This document shows positions 20,146 through 30,763 of a stretch of 64,000 bases of DNA, one piece after another. How positions within the stretch are numbered: the stretch's first letter is position 1; each line of letters starts with the position of its first letter. The translations under genes were made by a program, and so were the position numbers. Origin of the DNA: Alphaproteobacteria bacterium (GTDB lineage: Bacteria > Pseudomonadota > Alphaproteobacteria > UBA7985); contig CBFIBS010000003.1 in assembly GCA_965660945.1 (NCBI GenBank), positions 1,843-65,842 on the forward strand. The letters are read 5' to 3'. The notes beneath the pieces are model-generated. The model did no database searches. It was not told where the DNA came from and worked only from the letters and a program-made list of their open reading frames with translations.

Positions 20146-22893
20146 ATGCTTCAGCGCTTTGCAAAAGCGGTCTTCGGCAACGCCAACAAAAAGTACCTGA
20201 GCGGCCTTGATTCACAGGTCACGGCGATCAACGCCCTCGAAGCTGAATTCGAGGCGCTGAGCGATGCCGATCTGAAAGCGAAAACCAAGGAATTCCGAGA
20301 GCGCCACGCAGGAGGAGAAAGCCTCGACGATCTGATGGTGGAGGCCTTCGCTACGGCTCGTGAAGCCGGTAAGCGCGCGCTGGGGCAGCGCATGTTCGAC
20401 GTGCAGTTGCTAGGGGCGATCGTCCTCCATCAGGGCCGGGTTGCTGAAATGAAGACCGGCGAGGGTAAGACGCTGACCGCGACGGCTGCGGCCTACCTCA
20501 ATGCGCTGTCTGAGAAGGGCGTGCACATTATCACCGTGAACGAGTACCTGGTGATGCGCGACGCGGCCGATATGGGCAAGCTGTATCAGGCGCTGGGGAT
20601 GAGCACGGGATATGTCACCGGTTCGATGGGGTTGGATCGGGGAATCCTGACCCCTGCACAGCTGGAGAACGCAAAGCGCCGCGGCTACGCTGCTGACATT
20701 ACTTATTCGATCGCTTCGGAAGTCGGCTTCGACCACCTGCGCGATCAGATGAAGCCCACCCGCGCGGATATGCTGCAGCGTGGGTTCAATTTCGTCATCG
20801 TTGACGAGGCTGACTCGGTGCTGATCGACGAAGCCCGGACGCCACTGGTCATGTCCGGTCCGGCCGTGGACGTGTCCAACGTCTTCCGCGCCACCGACCT
20901 GATCGCGCAGGAGATGTCCGACGACGCCTTCACTGTCGATGAGAAGACCCGCAACATCCAGCTGACCGAAGAAGGCGTGCCGGAGCTTGAGGAAGTGCTG
21001 CGCAAGCGCGGGCTGCTGCAGGCGGACAGTGGCCTTTACCAGCCGGAGAACGTCGGGCTGCTGCACAACATCATGGCGTCGATCCGCGCACATCGCCTGT
21101 TCACCCGCGATAAGCAATACATGGTGCAGGGCGACGAGATCGTGCTGATCAACGAGCTCACGGGCCGTGCTCAACCGGGCCGCCGTCTGGGTGATGGCGG
21201 GCACCAGGCGCTGGAAGCCAAGGAAGGGCTCTCGATCAAGCCTGAGGCCACGACTGTGGCGACCATTACCTACCAGAACTTTTTCCGACAGTACGACAAG
21301 ATCGCGGGCATGACCGGGACAGCGCTGACCGAAGCTGCCGAATTTGAGGCCATCTACAACATGGCCGTGACCGCCGTGCCGACCAACCAGCCTATGGTGC
21401 GGGAAGACAACGACGACAAGATCTATCGCTTTGCCAAGCAGAAGACCAAAGCCATCCTCGAAGACGTTAAGGAAGCGAACGCCAAGGGCCAGCCTGTGCT
21501 GCTCGGTACGCCAACGGTAGAGGGCTCGGAAATGTTCTCTGCGGCGCTGACCGAGGCTGGGATCGCCCACAACGTATTGTCAGCGCGGCAACACGACCGG
21601 GAGGCGCTGACTATTGCGCAAGCCGGGGCGCCGGGTGCCGTCACAATCGCTACCTCCATGGCCGGGCGTGGGACCGATATTCAGCTTGGCGGTAACTTCG
21701 ATTTTGCCCTCGCCGAAGCGGTCAAGGACGAGACCGACCCCAAGGCCGTCGAGAAGATCACGGCTAAGCTGCGCGCGGAAATTGACGCAGCGCGAGAGCA
21801 GGTGATTGCCGCTGGTGGCCTTTACGTGCTCGGCACCGAACGCGGGGAGTCGCGCCGGGTCGACAATCAGCTTCGCGGCCGTTCGGGTCGTCAGGGGGAC
21901 CCGGGCAAATCGCGCTTCTACGTTTCGCTCGAAGACGATCTGATGCGTATTTTTGGCCAAGGGCTGGACACGTGGCTCAAGCGTTTCGGCATCGGCGACG
22001 ACGAGGCCATTGAACACCAGTGGATCACCAACGCCATCGCCAAGGCGCAGGAGCGCCGCGAGGGTTACAACTTCGATATTCGTAAGCAGCTGATCCGCTA
22101 CGATGATGTCCTGAATGACCAGCGGCAGGCCTACGCGGACATGCGCGCCGAACTCCTCGATTCTGAGGACCTGACCGAGAAGCTCGACGACATGCGGGAG
22201 AAGGCTTCCGAAGATCTGGTCGCGCGGTTTATTCCGCCAGGCTCCTATCCGGCACAATGGGATATCGAGGGGCTTGAGCGAGCCGCCGCCGCCTTTGTGC
22301 CCGGCGGGCTGCCAATCGCCAAATGGGCTGCCGAAGACGGCGTGGACGATGAAGTTCTGATCGACCGTATCCTGGAAGAATTCGACCAGCACATGGCCGC
22401 CAAGGCGGCACAGATCGGTGGTGAAACCATGCGGATGGCCGAGCGGCAGATCACACTGCAGGTGCTCGACCAGCTCTGGCGAGAGCACATCCAGAACATG
22501 ATGCGTCTGCGTGAGGGTGTGACCCTACGGGCCTTTGGTCAGCGTGACCCACTGGCAGAATACCGGCGCGATGGCTTTGAGATGTTCGACGGCCTGCTCG
22601 AGCGTCACCGCAATTCGGTGGTCGTGGTGCTGGCCAACCTCGAAGTGCGCCAGCAGGAGCCTCAGCCCGCGGCGCCAGCGCCAGCGCCTTCCGGATCTGC
22701 GCCTGCTGGCGTCGGCTCTGTCGCTGCGGCTGGAAAGGGAGCTCAGGGCCTCGCGCCGCCGCCGACGTTGTCGGCCAATGGAGCGGGTACCGGTCAGATT
22801 AGCGCAGAGCAGATGAAGAAGACGAAGCGCAACGAACCCTGCCCCTGCGGATCGGGCAAGAAGTTCAAGCAGTGCCACGGCGCGGCGGTCTGA
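20146..22893 (+). CDS. secA: Preprotein translocase ATPase SecA
   Basis: 915 aa with DEAD motor motifs and the C-terminal zinc-binding KRNEPCPCGSGKKFKQCHG. Confidence 0.95.
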   Translation: MLQRFAKAVFGNANKKYLSGLDSQVTAINALEAEFEALSDADLKAKTKEFRERHAGGESLDDLMVEAFATAREAGKRALGQRMFDVQLLGAIVLHQGRVAEMKTGEGKTLTATAAAYLNALSEKGVHIITVNEYLVMRDAADMGKLYQALGMSTGYVTGSMGLDRGILTPAQLENAKRRGYAADITYSIASEVGFDHLRDQMKPTRADMLQRGFNFVIVDEADSVLIDEARTPLVMSGPAVDVSNVFRATDLIAQEMSDDAFTVDEKTRNIQLTEEGVPELEEVLRKRGLLQADSGLYQPENVGLLHNIMASIRAHRLFTRDKQYMVQGDEIVLINELTGRAQPGRRLGDGGHQALEAKEGLSIKPEATTVATITYQNFFRQYDKIAGMTGTALTEAAEFEAIYNMAVTAVPTNQPMVREDNDDKIYRFAKQKTKAILEDVKEANAKGQPVLLGTPTVEGSEMFSAALTEAGIAHNVLSARQHDREALTIAQAGAPGAVTIATSMAGRGTDIQLGGNFDFALAEAVKDETDPKAVEKITAKLRAEIDAAREQVIAAGGLYVLGTERGESRRVDNQLRGRSGRQGDPGKSRFYVSLEDDLMRIFGQGLDTWLKRFGIGDDEAIEHQWITNAIAKAQERREGYNFDIRKQLIRYDDVLNDQRQAYADMRAELLDSEDLTEKLDDMREKASEDLVARFIPPGSYPAQWDIEGLERAAAAFVPGGLPIAKWAAEDGVDDEVLIDRILEEFDQHMAAKAAQIGGETMRMAERQITLQVLDQLWREHIQNMMRLREGVTLRAFGQRDPLAEYRRDGFEMFDGLLERHRNSVVVVLANLEVRQQEPQPAAPAPAPSGSAPAGVGSVAAAGKGAQGLAPPPTLSANGAGTGQISAEQMKKTKRNEPCPCGSGKKFKQCHGAAV

Positions 22894-22981
22894 TTCCTCC
22901 GTCGAGTTGAAAAAAATTCTTTAGTTTCAGAGGTCTGATCCCACGGTACTTTTTGGGTTAATCATGCTCTTGAACTCGCCG

Positions 22982-23018
22982 AAAACACGAAATCGCACCT
23001 ACAATCTCGTGTTTTTTG
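22982..23018 (+). terminator. Putative intrinsic terminator after secA
   Basis: AAAACACGA-N19-TCGTGTTTTTTGG forms a 9-bp stem followed by a T-run. Confidence 0.4.
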
Positions 23019-23136
23019 GGTCACAACCCCCACACAAATTCAAAAAACCGCTATTCGCAGCAAGACAGGGCCACCGCCCTGCGACTAGGAAGGCTGTGTA
23101 GATAGCGCAATGCGCGATTCCACAGCCAGATGTTCT

Positions 23137-23172
23137 TCTTGTGCGAGAAGTTCATCGTCCTCTTGTGCGAGA
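23137..23172. promoter_or_regulatory. Two 12-bp direct repeats TCTTGTGCGAGA spaced 24 bp apart upstream of the porin gene
   Basis: Read directly. About 85-120 nt upstream of the porin ATG. Confidence 0.35.
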
Positions 23173-23256
23173 GGGTTCCCGCTTCTTTTGAGGCGTAAAC
23201 TAAATTGGTTGATCGACCTGGATGTGCGTTCGGGGCGATCTCATGGAGAAGAGAAA

Positions 23257-24912
23257 ATGAAAAAGTTTCTGATTGCAGGCTCCGGCCTCGCAGCAGTTGC
23301 TGCAGCTGGCTCCGCCGGCGCAGTCGACGTTACCCTCGGCGGTAGCATCGAAATGGGGATCGAATACGGCCTGGGTAAAAAGCACGACGGTTTCACCTTT
23401 ACCGGTTCTTCCGCTTACCAGGACATTAGCATTAACATTTCTGCAGCTGGCACCACCGACGCCGGCCTGAAGTTCGGCGGTTCCTTCAGCATTAACAGCG
23501 CTGAAGAAATGAAGCTGAACCTTTACGAAAATGGCGGCAACAAGTACATCGCGAAGCTGGTAAACACCGACGCGACTGCTGGGATCAAGGGCGTTGCTTA
23601 CAACGTATCCGGTGGTAAGCAGGTGCTGGCAGGCTCGATGGTCTCCGTTAAGATCAACTCCGCTTGGCAGGGTGCTAAGTCCAAGCTGACCGGCTACGGT
23701 GTCGCGGTTGGTGCCATTGCTGAGAACTCCGCCATTTGTAAGATTGCTGGCCGCGGCGCAGGCGAAGTTGGTGGGGTGTCTGCAGGAGAGATTTTGGTAG
23801 CGCGCGCTAACGCTGCTGGAACGGCTGTAGTTAGCACCATCGATCTCGATGGTGTGGCAGCCGCTAACGGATACCTGCCTGCCGGTCGTCTGACGGCAGA
23901 TACAGCAGCAGCTGGGGATGGCATCAGCCTCACCGCTGGGACTGTAGATGGCGAACGCAAGATCTTCGTTGATCTCGGCTCGGCAGACACTGATGCCGAC
24001 GACCTGAAGGATGCTGACTGGGAAGTTCACATTGATGATGGTGCCGCTACCAACGGTTTTGCTGCTGCTGGTGTGGCTGAACAAGCGGATGATGTCGTTG
24101 TTGTTGGTGCCTCTGTTTTTGTTGGTCCTTACGCCGAAGTGAAGATGACCTCCTCAACCACCAAGATGGTTGTCGGTGCTGTCTGTGTCACCAATGTTGT
24201 TGATGGTTCCGAGACTGCTGCTTACCTCGACCCGGCTTCCCGGATCCTCGAAGTCAGCAACGCTTCGATCTTCCTCGAAGGTGGCTTCGGCAAGCTGACC
24301 CTGCAGCAGGGCGACTACTCCGGTAAGGTAGCGGCCATCGGTGCTGCTGGCGACCAGGCGACCATCTCCAGCTCTGGCCTCGTTGCAGTTCTCGAAGGCG
24401 CGTCCTTCATGGGCATGTCCGGCTACGGTGCGGTTGACGTTGGTTCCATCAAAATGGGTTCCCGTCCGAACTACATGCTCGGCACCTCGGTTGACCTGAT
24501 GGGCCTGACCGTTGCGGTTGAAATGGAAGACGAGACCGTTTCCAGCGGCGACAACAAGTACATCGACAAGTGGGACATGGGTACGTCTTACGCCATCGGT
24601 GACCTGTCCATGAACTTCGTTCTCGATAGCGCCAGCGATTGGGCTGTATCGGCGTCGGCTTCTGTTGCTGGGTTCACAGCGAGCTCCGTGATCGAGAATG
24701 TCGCAAAGAACGCAAGCAAGAAGGCTGGTCTGTCGATCGACACCACGCTGTCCACCGACTTCAACGGCATCAGCGTTTCCATCGGTCTGGACGAAGACAT
24801 GGACTACACCCTGTCCGGCTCCTACGCGCTGGGTAGCTCGGGTCTGGCCATCACCGCGTCCTACGACTCTGAAGACAACGGCGGCAAGGTTGCCGCGAAG
24901 ATGTCCTTCTAA
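23257..24912 (+). CDS. Outer-membrane porin (alphaproteobacterial Omp2/RopA-like beta-barrel)
   Basis: GGAGAAGAG RBS. Signal peptide MKKFLIAGSGLAAVAAAGSAGA. Gly/Ser/Thr-rich alternating beta-strand pattern. C-terminal ...AAKMSF aromatic terminus. Codon usage typical of a highly expressed gene. Confidence 0.7.
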   Translation: MKKFLIAGSGLAAVAAAGSAGAVDVTLGGSIEMGIEYGLGKKHDGFTFTGSSAYQDISINISAAGTTDAGLKFGGSFSINSAEEMKLNLYENGGNKYIAKLVNTDATAGIKGVAYNVSGGKQVLAGSMVSVKINSAWQGAKSKLTGYGVAVGAIAENSAICKIAGRGAGEVGGVSAGEILVARANAAGTAVVSTIDLDGVAAANGYLPAGRLTADTAAAGDGISLTAGTVDGERKIFVDLGSADTDADDLKDADWEVHIDDGAATNGFAAAGVAEQADDVVVVGASVFVGPYAEVKMTSSTTKMVVGAVCVTNVVDGSETAAYLDPASRILEVSNASIFLEGGFGKLTLQQGDYSGKVAAIGAAGDQATISSSGLVAVLEGASFMGMSGYGAVDVGSIKMGSRPNYMLGTSVDLMGLTVAVEMEDETVSSGDNKYIDKWDMGTSYAIGDLSMNFVLDSASDWAVSASASVAGFTASSVIENVAKNASKKAGLSIDTTLSTDFNGISVSIGLDEDMDYTLSGSYALGSSGLAITASYDSEDNGGKVAAKMSF

Positions 24913-25013
24913 TTCGCAAACGCGAACTCAAATCCCGTCTTTCACTACGAGGGCGTGATACGGACGAGGAAATTTTTCACTTCCTCGTCTCCATATGATC
25001 GAAACTCGAGGCT

Positions 25014-25053
25014 CCGTTTCCACGCCTGCGCTGGAAACGGGGCCATTTTTTTT
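25014..25053 (+). terminator. Rho-independent terminator of the porin gene
   Basis: CCGTTTCCA-CGCCTGCGC-TGGAAACGG followed by GGCCATTTTTTTT. An additional hairpin GACGAGGAA..TTCCTCGTC lies at 24963-24989. Confidence 0.6.
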
Positions 25054-25113
25054 GCGAAATTTCAGTGGCTTGGTCTAAATTGAGGACCCACTAAAGGGGT
25101 GCCTGGGTTTGTC

Positions 25114-25605
25114 TCAGAGCACCTGCGGGTTTCCGCGAGACACCACCACGTCAAAGCTGTCCACGCCGATTCCGTTGAACCGATAGCGCTGGTCACCAAG
25201 ATTGATCACCTGATAGCAAAGCTGCATGCCCGTCGCCCAGGTCGGCCAGACCTTGCACAGCGTGCCGCCGCTGAGGCTGTAGTACCCAGTCTCGGTCAGG
25301 TTGACCAAGAGCCCGCGCAGCTGACCGCCCGGGGCAAAGTAAGCCCAGTACTGGTCGTCGACCTGCTTGATGGTATTGCCGATCAGGAGCTGCTGGAGGT
25401 CGCCTTCGCTGAGGCGCTCACCCTGTCGGGTTGGCCGCACAGGCGGCACCAGCATGGTGACGGGAACCCCAGCCACACGGGCGTAGGGCTGCTCCTGTCC
25501 GGTGCCGGCATTGCCAGCGGCTGCAGAGCCAGGGTCACCCTGATCCGTTGCCTGACAGGCGGTGAGCGCGAGCGCACTAAGGCCCGCGAGCAATAACCGT
25601 TTCAT
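25114..25605 (-). CDS. Hypothetical lipoprotein
   Basis: MKRLLLAGLSALALTAC lipobox followed by a Gly/Ala-rich linker. No family recognised. Confidence 0.5.
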   Translation of the reverse strand: MKRLLLAGLSALALTACQATDQGDPGSAAAGNAGTGQEQPYARVAGVPVTMLVPPVRPTRQGERLSEGDLQQLLIGNTIKQVDDQYWAYFAPGGQLRGLLVNLTETGYYSLSGGTLCKVWPTWATGMQLCYQVINLGDQRYRFNGIGVDSFDVVVSRGNPQVL

Positions 25606-25682
25606 GCGCCCCCACTTGCCATTCCGGTGTGGCAGCAGTGAGACCGGCGTCTCTGACAAGGATCGGCGATTCAGGGTCAAAC

Positions 25683-27521
25683 TCAGGCCGCTTCGGCTGC
25701 TGCACGGGCCTTAGCATCGCGCTTGCGTTCGTGAATGTCGAGGAAGCGCTTGCGGATGCGCACGGCCTCGGGCGTGACTTCGACCAGTTCGTCGTCCTGG
25801 ATGTAGGCCAGAGCCTTCTCCAGCGTCATATCGACCGGTGGGGTCAGCGATACTGCTTCATCGGTACCCGACGCGCGGACGTTGGTCAGCTTCTTACCCT
25901 TAAGCGGGTTGACGTCGAGGTCGCTGCCCTTGGCGTGCTCACCGATGATCAGGCCGTGGTAGACCGGCTGCTGCGGGTGGATGAACAGCGGACCGCGTTC
26001 CTCAAGGTTCCACAGTGCGAAGGCGACCGCCGAGCCTTTCTCCATGGAGATCAGCACGCCGTTGCGGCGACCCGGGATGGCGCCCTTGTGCGGGCCGTAG
26101 TGGCTGAAACGGCGGTTGAGAATGCCGGTGCCGTGGGTGTCGGTCAGGAACTCGCCAAGGTAGCCGATCAGCGCGCGTGAGGGCGCGATGAATGACAGGC
26201 GTTGCTTGCCGCCGCCAGAAGGACGCATGTCCTTGAGCTCGCCGCGGCGCATGCCGATTTTCTCGACCACGGCGCCGGAGTAGTCGGCGTCGACATCGAC
26301 CGTCACTTCTTCGAAAGGCTCCAGACGGTTGCCGTTGTCGTCGAACTGGTAGACCACGCGTGGCCGTGAAACGGAGAGCTCGAAGCCTTCGCGGCGCATG
26401 TTCTCGATCAGCACAGCCAGTTGCAACTCGCCCCGGCCTGCGACTTCAAAGGCATCCTTCCCGTCGGTCTCCCGGACCTGCAGCGCGACGTTGCCTTCGG
26501 CTTCTTTCTGCAGCCGATCCCAGATCAGTCGGCTGGTCACCTTGTCGCCAACCAGACCCGCGAGCGGGCTGTCGTTGACCGAGAAGGTCATGGACAGCGT
26601 CGGTGGGTCGATCGGCTGGGCGGCCAGCGCCTGGGTTACGTCCGGCGCGCAGAGGGTGTCGGCGACGGTGGCCTGGGTCAGCCCGGCGATGGCGACGATA
26701 TCGCCGGCCTCAGCGCTGTCGATCGGCTGCCGTTCGAGGCCACGGAAGGCGAGGATTTTGGTGGCACGACCAGTTTCGAGCTGGCTGCCGTCGATGCCCA
26801 GCGCCTTAATCGCCATGTTCGGGGTCAGGCGACCGGACTGGATCCGACCGGTGAGAATACGGCCGAGGAAGGGGTTGGCCTCCAGGGTTGTCGCCAGCAT
26901 GCGGAAGGGCTCATCAGCGCTGTCGACCTTCGGCGCCGGAACATGATCGACGATCAGGTCGAACAGCGGCGCCATATCGCTGCGCGCGTCGTCGAGCTCC
27001 TGTACGGCCCAGCCTTCCTTGGAGGAGGCATAGAGCACGGGGAACTCAAGCTGTTCTTCGGTGGCGTCGAGCGCGGCGAACAGGTCGAAGGTCTCGTCCA
27101 GAACCCAGTCCGGGCGGCCGTCGGGTTTGTCGACCTTGTTGATTAGCACGATCGGGCGGATGCCCAGGGCCAGCGCCTTGGTCAGCACGAACTTGGTCTG
27201 GGGCATCGGGCCTTCAGCGGCGTCGACCAGCAGCACCACACCGTCGACCATCGACAGGATGCGCTCGACCTCACCACCGAAGTCGGCGTGCCCCGGGGTG
27301 TCGACGATGTTGATGCGGGCGTCCTGCCACTCGACCGAGGTGACTTTAGCGAGAATGGTGATGCCGCGCTCGCGCTCGATGTCGTTGGAGTCCATGGCGC
27401 GTTCGGCCACGCGCTCGTTTTCGCGGAACTGGCCGGACTGCTTCAGCAGGCAATCCACCAGCGTGGTCTTACCGTGGTCAACGTGCGCGATGATCGCGAT
27501 GTTGCGCAGGATCTTAGTCAT
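25683..27521 (-). CDS. typA: Translational GTPase TypA/BipA
   Basis: [23 protein letters not shown]... EF-G-like domain order. 612 aa. Confidence 0.9.
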   Translation of the reverse strand: MTKILRNIAIIAHVDHGKTTLVDCLLKQSGQFRENERVAERAMDSNDIERERGITILAKVTSVEWQDARINIVDTPGHADFGGEVERILSMVDGVVLLVDAAEGPMPQTKFVLTKALALGIRPIVLINKVDKPDGRPDWVLDETFDLFAALDATEEQLEFPVLYASSKEGWAVQELDDARSDMAPLFDLIVDHVPAPKVDSADEPFRMLATTLEANPFLGRILTGRIQSGRLTPNMAIKALGIDGSQLETGRATKILAFRGLERQPIDSAEAGDIVAIAGLTQATVADTLCAPDVTQALAAQPIDPPTLSMTFSVNDSPLAGLVGDKVTSRLIWDRLQKEAEGNVALQVRETDGKDAFEVAGRGELQLAVLIENMRREGFELSVSRPRVVYQFDDNGNRLEPFEEVTVDVDADYSGAVVEKIGMRRGELKDMRPSGGGKQRLSFIAPSRALIGYLGEFLTDTHGTGILNRRFSHYGPHKGAIPGRRNGVLISMEKGSAVAFALWNLEERGPLFIHPQQPVYHGLIIGEHAKGSDLDVNPLKGKKLTNVRASGTDEAVSLTPPVDMTLEKALAYIQDDELVEVTPEAVRIRKRFLDIHERKRDAKARAAAEAA

Positions 27522-27808
27522 CAGGGCGTGCCTTTATCTCTGCGCCCCGGGGTGGGTGGGGACCCTCGGGTGGGTGGGAAGAGGTCTCTGGCCGACTGCG
27601 GGCAGGAAAAAAATCCAGATAGTGTCGATGTGGGGTAGCAGGAGTTCAGAAAAGCCGAGACCGGGGCGCGTGTTGCGCTGGGTTTTGACGCCTTGCAAAG
27701 CGGCGGTCAACGCCCTGAAACGCAAGGCTTATGCTCGATAGCGCAGGGGTGGCTTCTGACCCTTTGTCAGATCGGTCCTCGGGCCGCTCTGGCCACGTGG
27801 AGCCGGGC

Positions 27809-28234
27809 TCAGAACGAACGCAGCCGAAGCCGGGCACGCTCACGCAGCGGTTCGAAATGGCGCAACACTTCGGCCAGCGTTTCGCTGCGCATGACCCGCT
27901 TTGGCCCCTGATAGACGACGAATTCACGTCCTTTGCCATTGGCTGCAATCTGCTTGGCGACCACGAAGTCCGGGTTCTCATAGGCTGAACGGTAGACCGA
28001 GAACAGCGCCTGTCCGGGCAGGCTGTCGATGGCGTAATCGCGCCAGTGGCCCGCTGCGACCTGCTCGGAATAGAGTGAAAGTAGCGTGCTCAGTTCGCCG
28101 CGGTCGAAGGATACCGGCCGCCGCCGCTTGCTCCCCCGAGCGCGCAGGCCGTCCTTAACAGCGTCGAGGTGTCCGGTCTTGAGGGCCTTTTGCTTGCCGT
28201 CCCGATAGTCCTGCAGCGATACTACGTCGTTCAT
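27809..28234 (-). CDS. Conserved hypothetical protein (DUF2794-like)
   Basis: 141 aa. The motif FDRGELSTLLSLYSEQVAAGHWRDYAID resembles a small alphaproteobacterial DUF recalled from memory. Confidence 0.35.
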   Translation of the reverse strand: MNDVVSLQDYRDGKQKALKTGHLDAVKDGLRARGSKRRRPVSFDRGELSTLLSLYSEQVAAGHWRDYAIDSLPGQALFSVYRSAYENPDFVVAKQIAANGKGREFVVYQGPKRVMRSETLAEVLRHFEPLRERARLRLRSF

Positions 28235-28474
28235 GGGGCGGTTCGGGCCTCCTTCTGCGGTGCTTCATACCGGGCCATACACGCGGGCCGTAAGCCCTAA
28301 TGCATCCGGGTTTTGCGTTGTTCAGCCTGCACAGCTTTGCAACCACGCTGCGCATGGCTGCGCTTGCTGTCGGCCGTTGAAATACGCTAAGACGAATCAC
28401 GAAATGCGCCTAGCCATAAAATGTGGTGATAATTCCGTGCGCCGGGTCTTGCACCGGCGGCCAGGCGGGGGCAA

Positions 28475-29161
28475 ATGGCGCTCAGTCTGTCCGGTTCTGA
28501 TACAGGGAAAAAGTCAGTGACTGATATTATTCGCGATATCGACGAGGAAATGCGCCGCGATGCCTTTCTTTCGCGCGTCCGCCGATACGCTTGGGTCTTC
28601 CTTCTCGTGGTTGTGGTGGTGCTGGTCATCGTTGCGGCTGGTTATTTTTGGCAGAACCGCCAGGCCTCGATGCGTTCGGCCCAGGCCAGTGAGCTCAGCA
28701 GTGCGCTGACACTGGCTGACACCGATGCCGAAGCTGCCCGGGCGCAGCTGGAGGCGCTGATCGCCGGCAGCAGCGGTGGTAATGCCATCGTTGCCGGTTT
28801 CGAGCTGGCTGAGATTGCGGCCCGTGCCGGGGATACGGAATCCGCCGCCGCCGCTTTGGAGGCGCTGGCAGAAGCCCGAGGCGGCGATGCCTACGCGCGC
28901 ACTGCGTCTCTGTTCAGCGCCTACACCGAGCTGGATACCGCTGAGCCGGCGAGCCTGCTCGCGCGCCTCGATCCGCTGATCGCCGAAAACGCGTCCTTTA
29001 CCGCGCTGGCCATGGAGCTCAAGGCACAGGTGCTGATCCGCGCGGGCGATCAAGCAGGTGCGCTGGCGTTGCTCGACCAGCTGCTGGCGCGCGACGGCCT
29101 GACCCGCGATGTTGCGGGCCGGGTGCAGGCGCTGCGCGACAGCCTCTCGGCCGGTGGCTGA
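28475..29161 (+). CDS. YfgM-like membrane-anchored TPR protein (putative ancillary SecYEG/BAM-associated subunit)
   Basis: Single TM helix after an N-terminal cytoplasmic segment, then an Ala-rich TPR-like region. Conserved yfgM-bamB-der order. Confidence 0.5.
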   Translation: MALSLSGSDTGKKSVTDIIRDIDEEMRRDAFLSRVRRYAWVFLLVVVVVLVIVAAGYFWQNRQASMRSAQASELSSALTLADTDAEAARAQLEALIAGSSGGNAIVAGFELAEIAARAGDTESAAAALEALAEARGGDAYARTASLFSAYTELDTAEPASLLARLDPLIAENASFTALAMELKAQVLIRAGDQAGALALLDQLLARDGLTRDVAGRVQALRDSLSAGG

Positions 29162-29366
29162 GCAGGGCTAGTCCTGGCGCCGGTCGCGCTCGCGGCCGAT
29201 AAGGCTGTTTGAGAGGGCTGGCTGAGAAGGCTGGCCCGGCGGGCTTACAAAGCCGGAATGGGCCCATGGTTCTGACGACGGGTCGGGGGCCTAACCACCG
29301 CCTTGATTTGCGCTATACTGCGACCGTGACGGGCGAAATACGATACTTAGAGAGGCGGGCTCAGGC

Positions 29367-30680
29367 ATGAAGGTTCTGATTTCCTCAGCATTGCTGGCAC
29401 TGACCTCCCTGCTCATGGGGTGCGAAGTCCTGCGCGCCCTCAACGAAGAAGAGCCGAGGCTGCCGGGAACCCGCGTCGACCTGTTTAGTGACGAAGACGC
29501 CTCTGTGCCACGCTCCGACGTGCCCATCGCCCTGCCGCCCGCCCAAAACCTCAGTCGCTGGGAACAGCCGGGTGCTATTGCCACTCATGCCGTTTACCAC
29601 CTGTCGCTGGCTGATCGCCCTGAGCCGCGGTGGCGGACTTCTATCGGGCGGGGAAACGGCCGGTCCTACCGCATTACCTCCGCCCCGATTGTGGTCGATG
29701 GTGTGGTCTTTACCATGGACAGCCAGCTGCAGGTTTCCGCTGTGCGCCTCAGCGACGGCCGCGTTGGCTGGCGACAGTCGCTCATGCCGGCTTCTGAGCG
29801 CGAGGGCATTTTCGGCGGCGGTCTGGCCTATGGTGACAACATCCTGCTCGCCGGGACGGGATCGGGCCGTCTGATCGGCCTCAAGCCCTCCAACGGTGAT
29901 GTTGTCTGGCAGCGTCGGCTGCCTGCGCCCTTGCACGGTGGACCCGCGGTCGACGATGGCCGGGTCTTTGCCGCAACCATCGATAACACGGTCGCTGCCT
30001 ACGACCTCGCTTCGGGTCAGAAGCTCTGGGAGCACGAAGGTCGTGAGGGCCTGACCACCGTTCTCGGGTCGACCGCGCCGGCCGTTGCTGGCGGTGTGGT
30101 CTATGCTGCCTATTCGAGCGGTGAGATTTTCGCGCTGGCGGCTGACACCGGCCGTGTGCTGTGGACCGACACCGTGGCCGGCCTGACCGCGACGGCGCGG
30201 CAGGCGCTTTACCTCGACGATATCGGCGGCTCGCCCGTGGTTGACCGCGATCGGCTGATTGTTGTTGGCGGCTCCGACCGGACGGTGTCCTTCGACATCA
30301 ACCGCGGCATTCAGGTTTGGGAACTGCCCTTTGGTGGCACCCAAATGGCCTGGCCGTCGGTGCAGCACTACTTTATGGCGACCGACACTGGGCGGTTGAT
30401 TGCCGTCGACCGCGATACCGGCGGGGTTGCCTGGGCGCGGTCGCTGCCCAAGTACGCCGATGCGGTGCGTCTGGACCGGGTCGAGTGGTTCGGGCCGGTG
30501 CTGGCTGCCAACCGGCTGGTGCTGGTATCGAGCACCGGCAATATCATCACGATCTCCCCCACGACCGGGAGGTTGCTCGGGCGGGTGGTCGGCCGCGAGG
30601 GTTTCGTGGCGCCTCCGGTGATTGTTGATAACACCATGTTGCTGGTTACCGAGAACGGCGATCTGGTGGCCTACCGCTGA
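29367..30680 (+). CDS. bamB: Outer membrane protein assembly factor BamB (PQQ-repeat beta-propeller lipoprotein)
   Basis: Lipobox LLMGC, repeated PQQ-like blades (VYAAxxDGxLxALDxxTGxxLW). Sits upstream of der. Confidence 0.8.
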   Translation: MKVLISSALLALTSLLMGCEVLRALNEEEPRLPGTRVDLFSDEDASVPRSDVPIALPPAQNLSRWEQPGAIATHAVYHLSLADRPEPRWRTSIGRGNGRSYRITSAPIVVDGVVFTMDSQLQVSAVRLSDGRVGWRQSLMPASEREGIFGGGLAYGDNILLAGTGSGRLIGLKPSNGDVVWQRRLPAPLHGGPAVDDGRVFAATIDNTVAAYDLASGQKLWEHEGREGLTTVLGSTAPAVAGGVVYAAYSSGEIFALAADTGRVLWTDTVAGLTATARQALYLDDIGGSPVVDRDRLIVVGGSDRTVSFDINRGIQVWELPFGGTQMAWPSVQHYFMATDTGRLIAVDRDTGGVAWARSLPKYADAVRLDRVEWFGPVLAANRLVLVSSTGNIITISPTTGRLLGRVVGREGFVAPPVIVDNTMLLVTENGDLVAYR

Positions 30681-30763
30681 TCGGCTGGGGCGTTCCTGCC
30701 CTGCTTTGGCGCTTTGGCGCGCAGGCGTGGTATTTCCCGCCGCTTGAGGTACAAGACCTGACC

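Noticed and set aside
20410-22488. 386-aa and 302-aa minus-strand ORFs inside secA
   Set aside because: Antisense to a highly conserved gene. No protein-like features. A GC-frame artefact.
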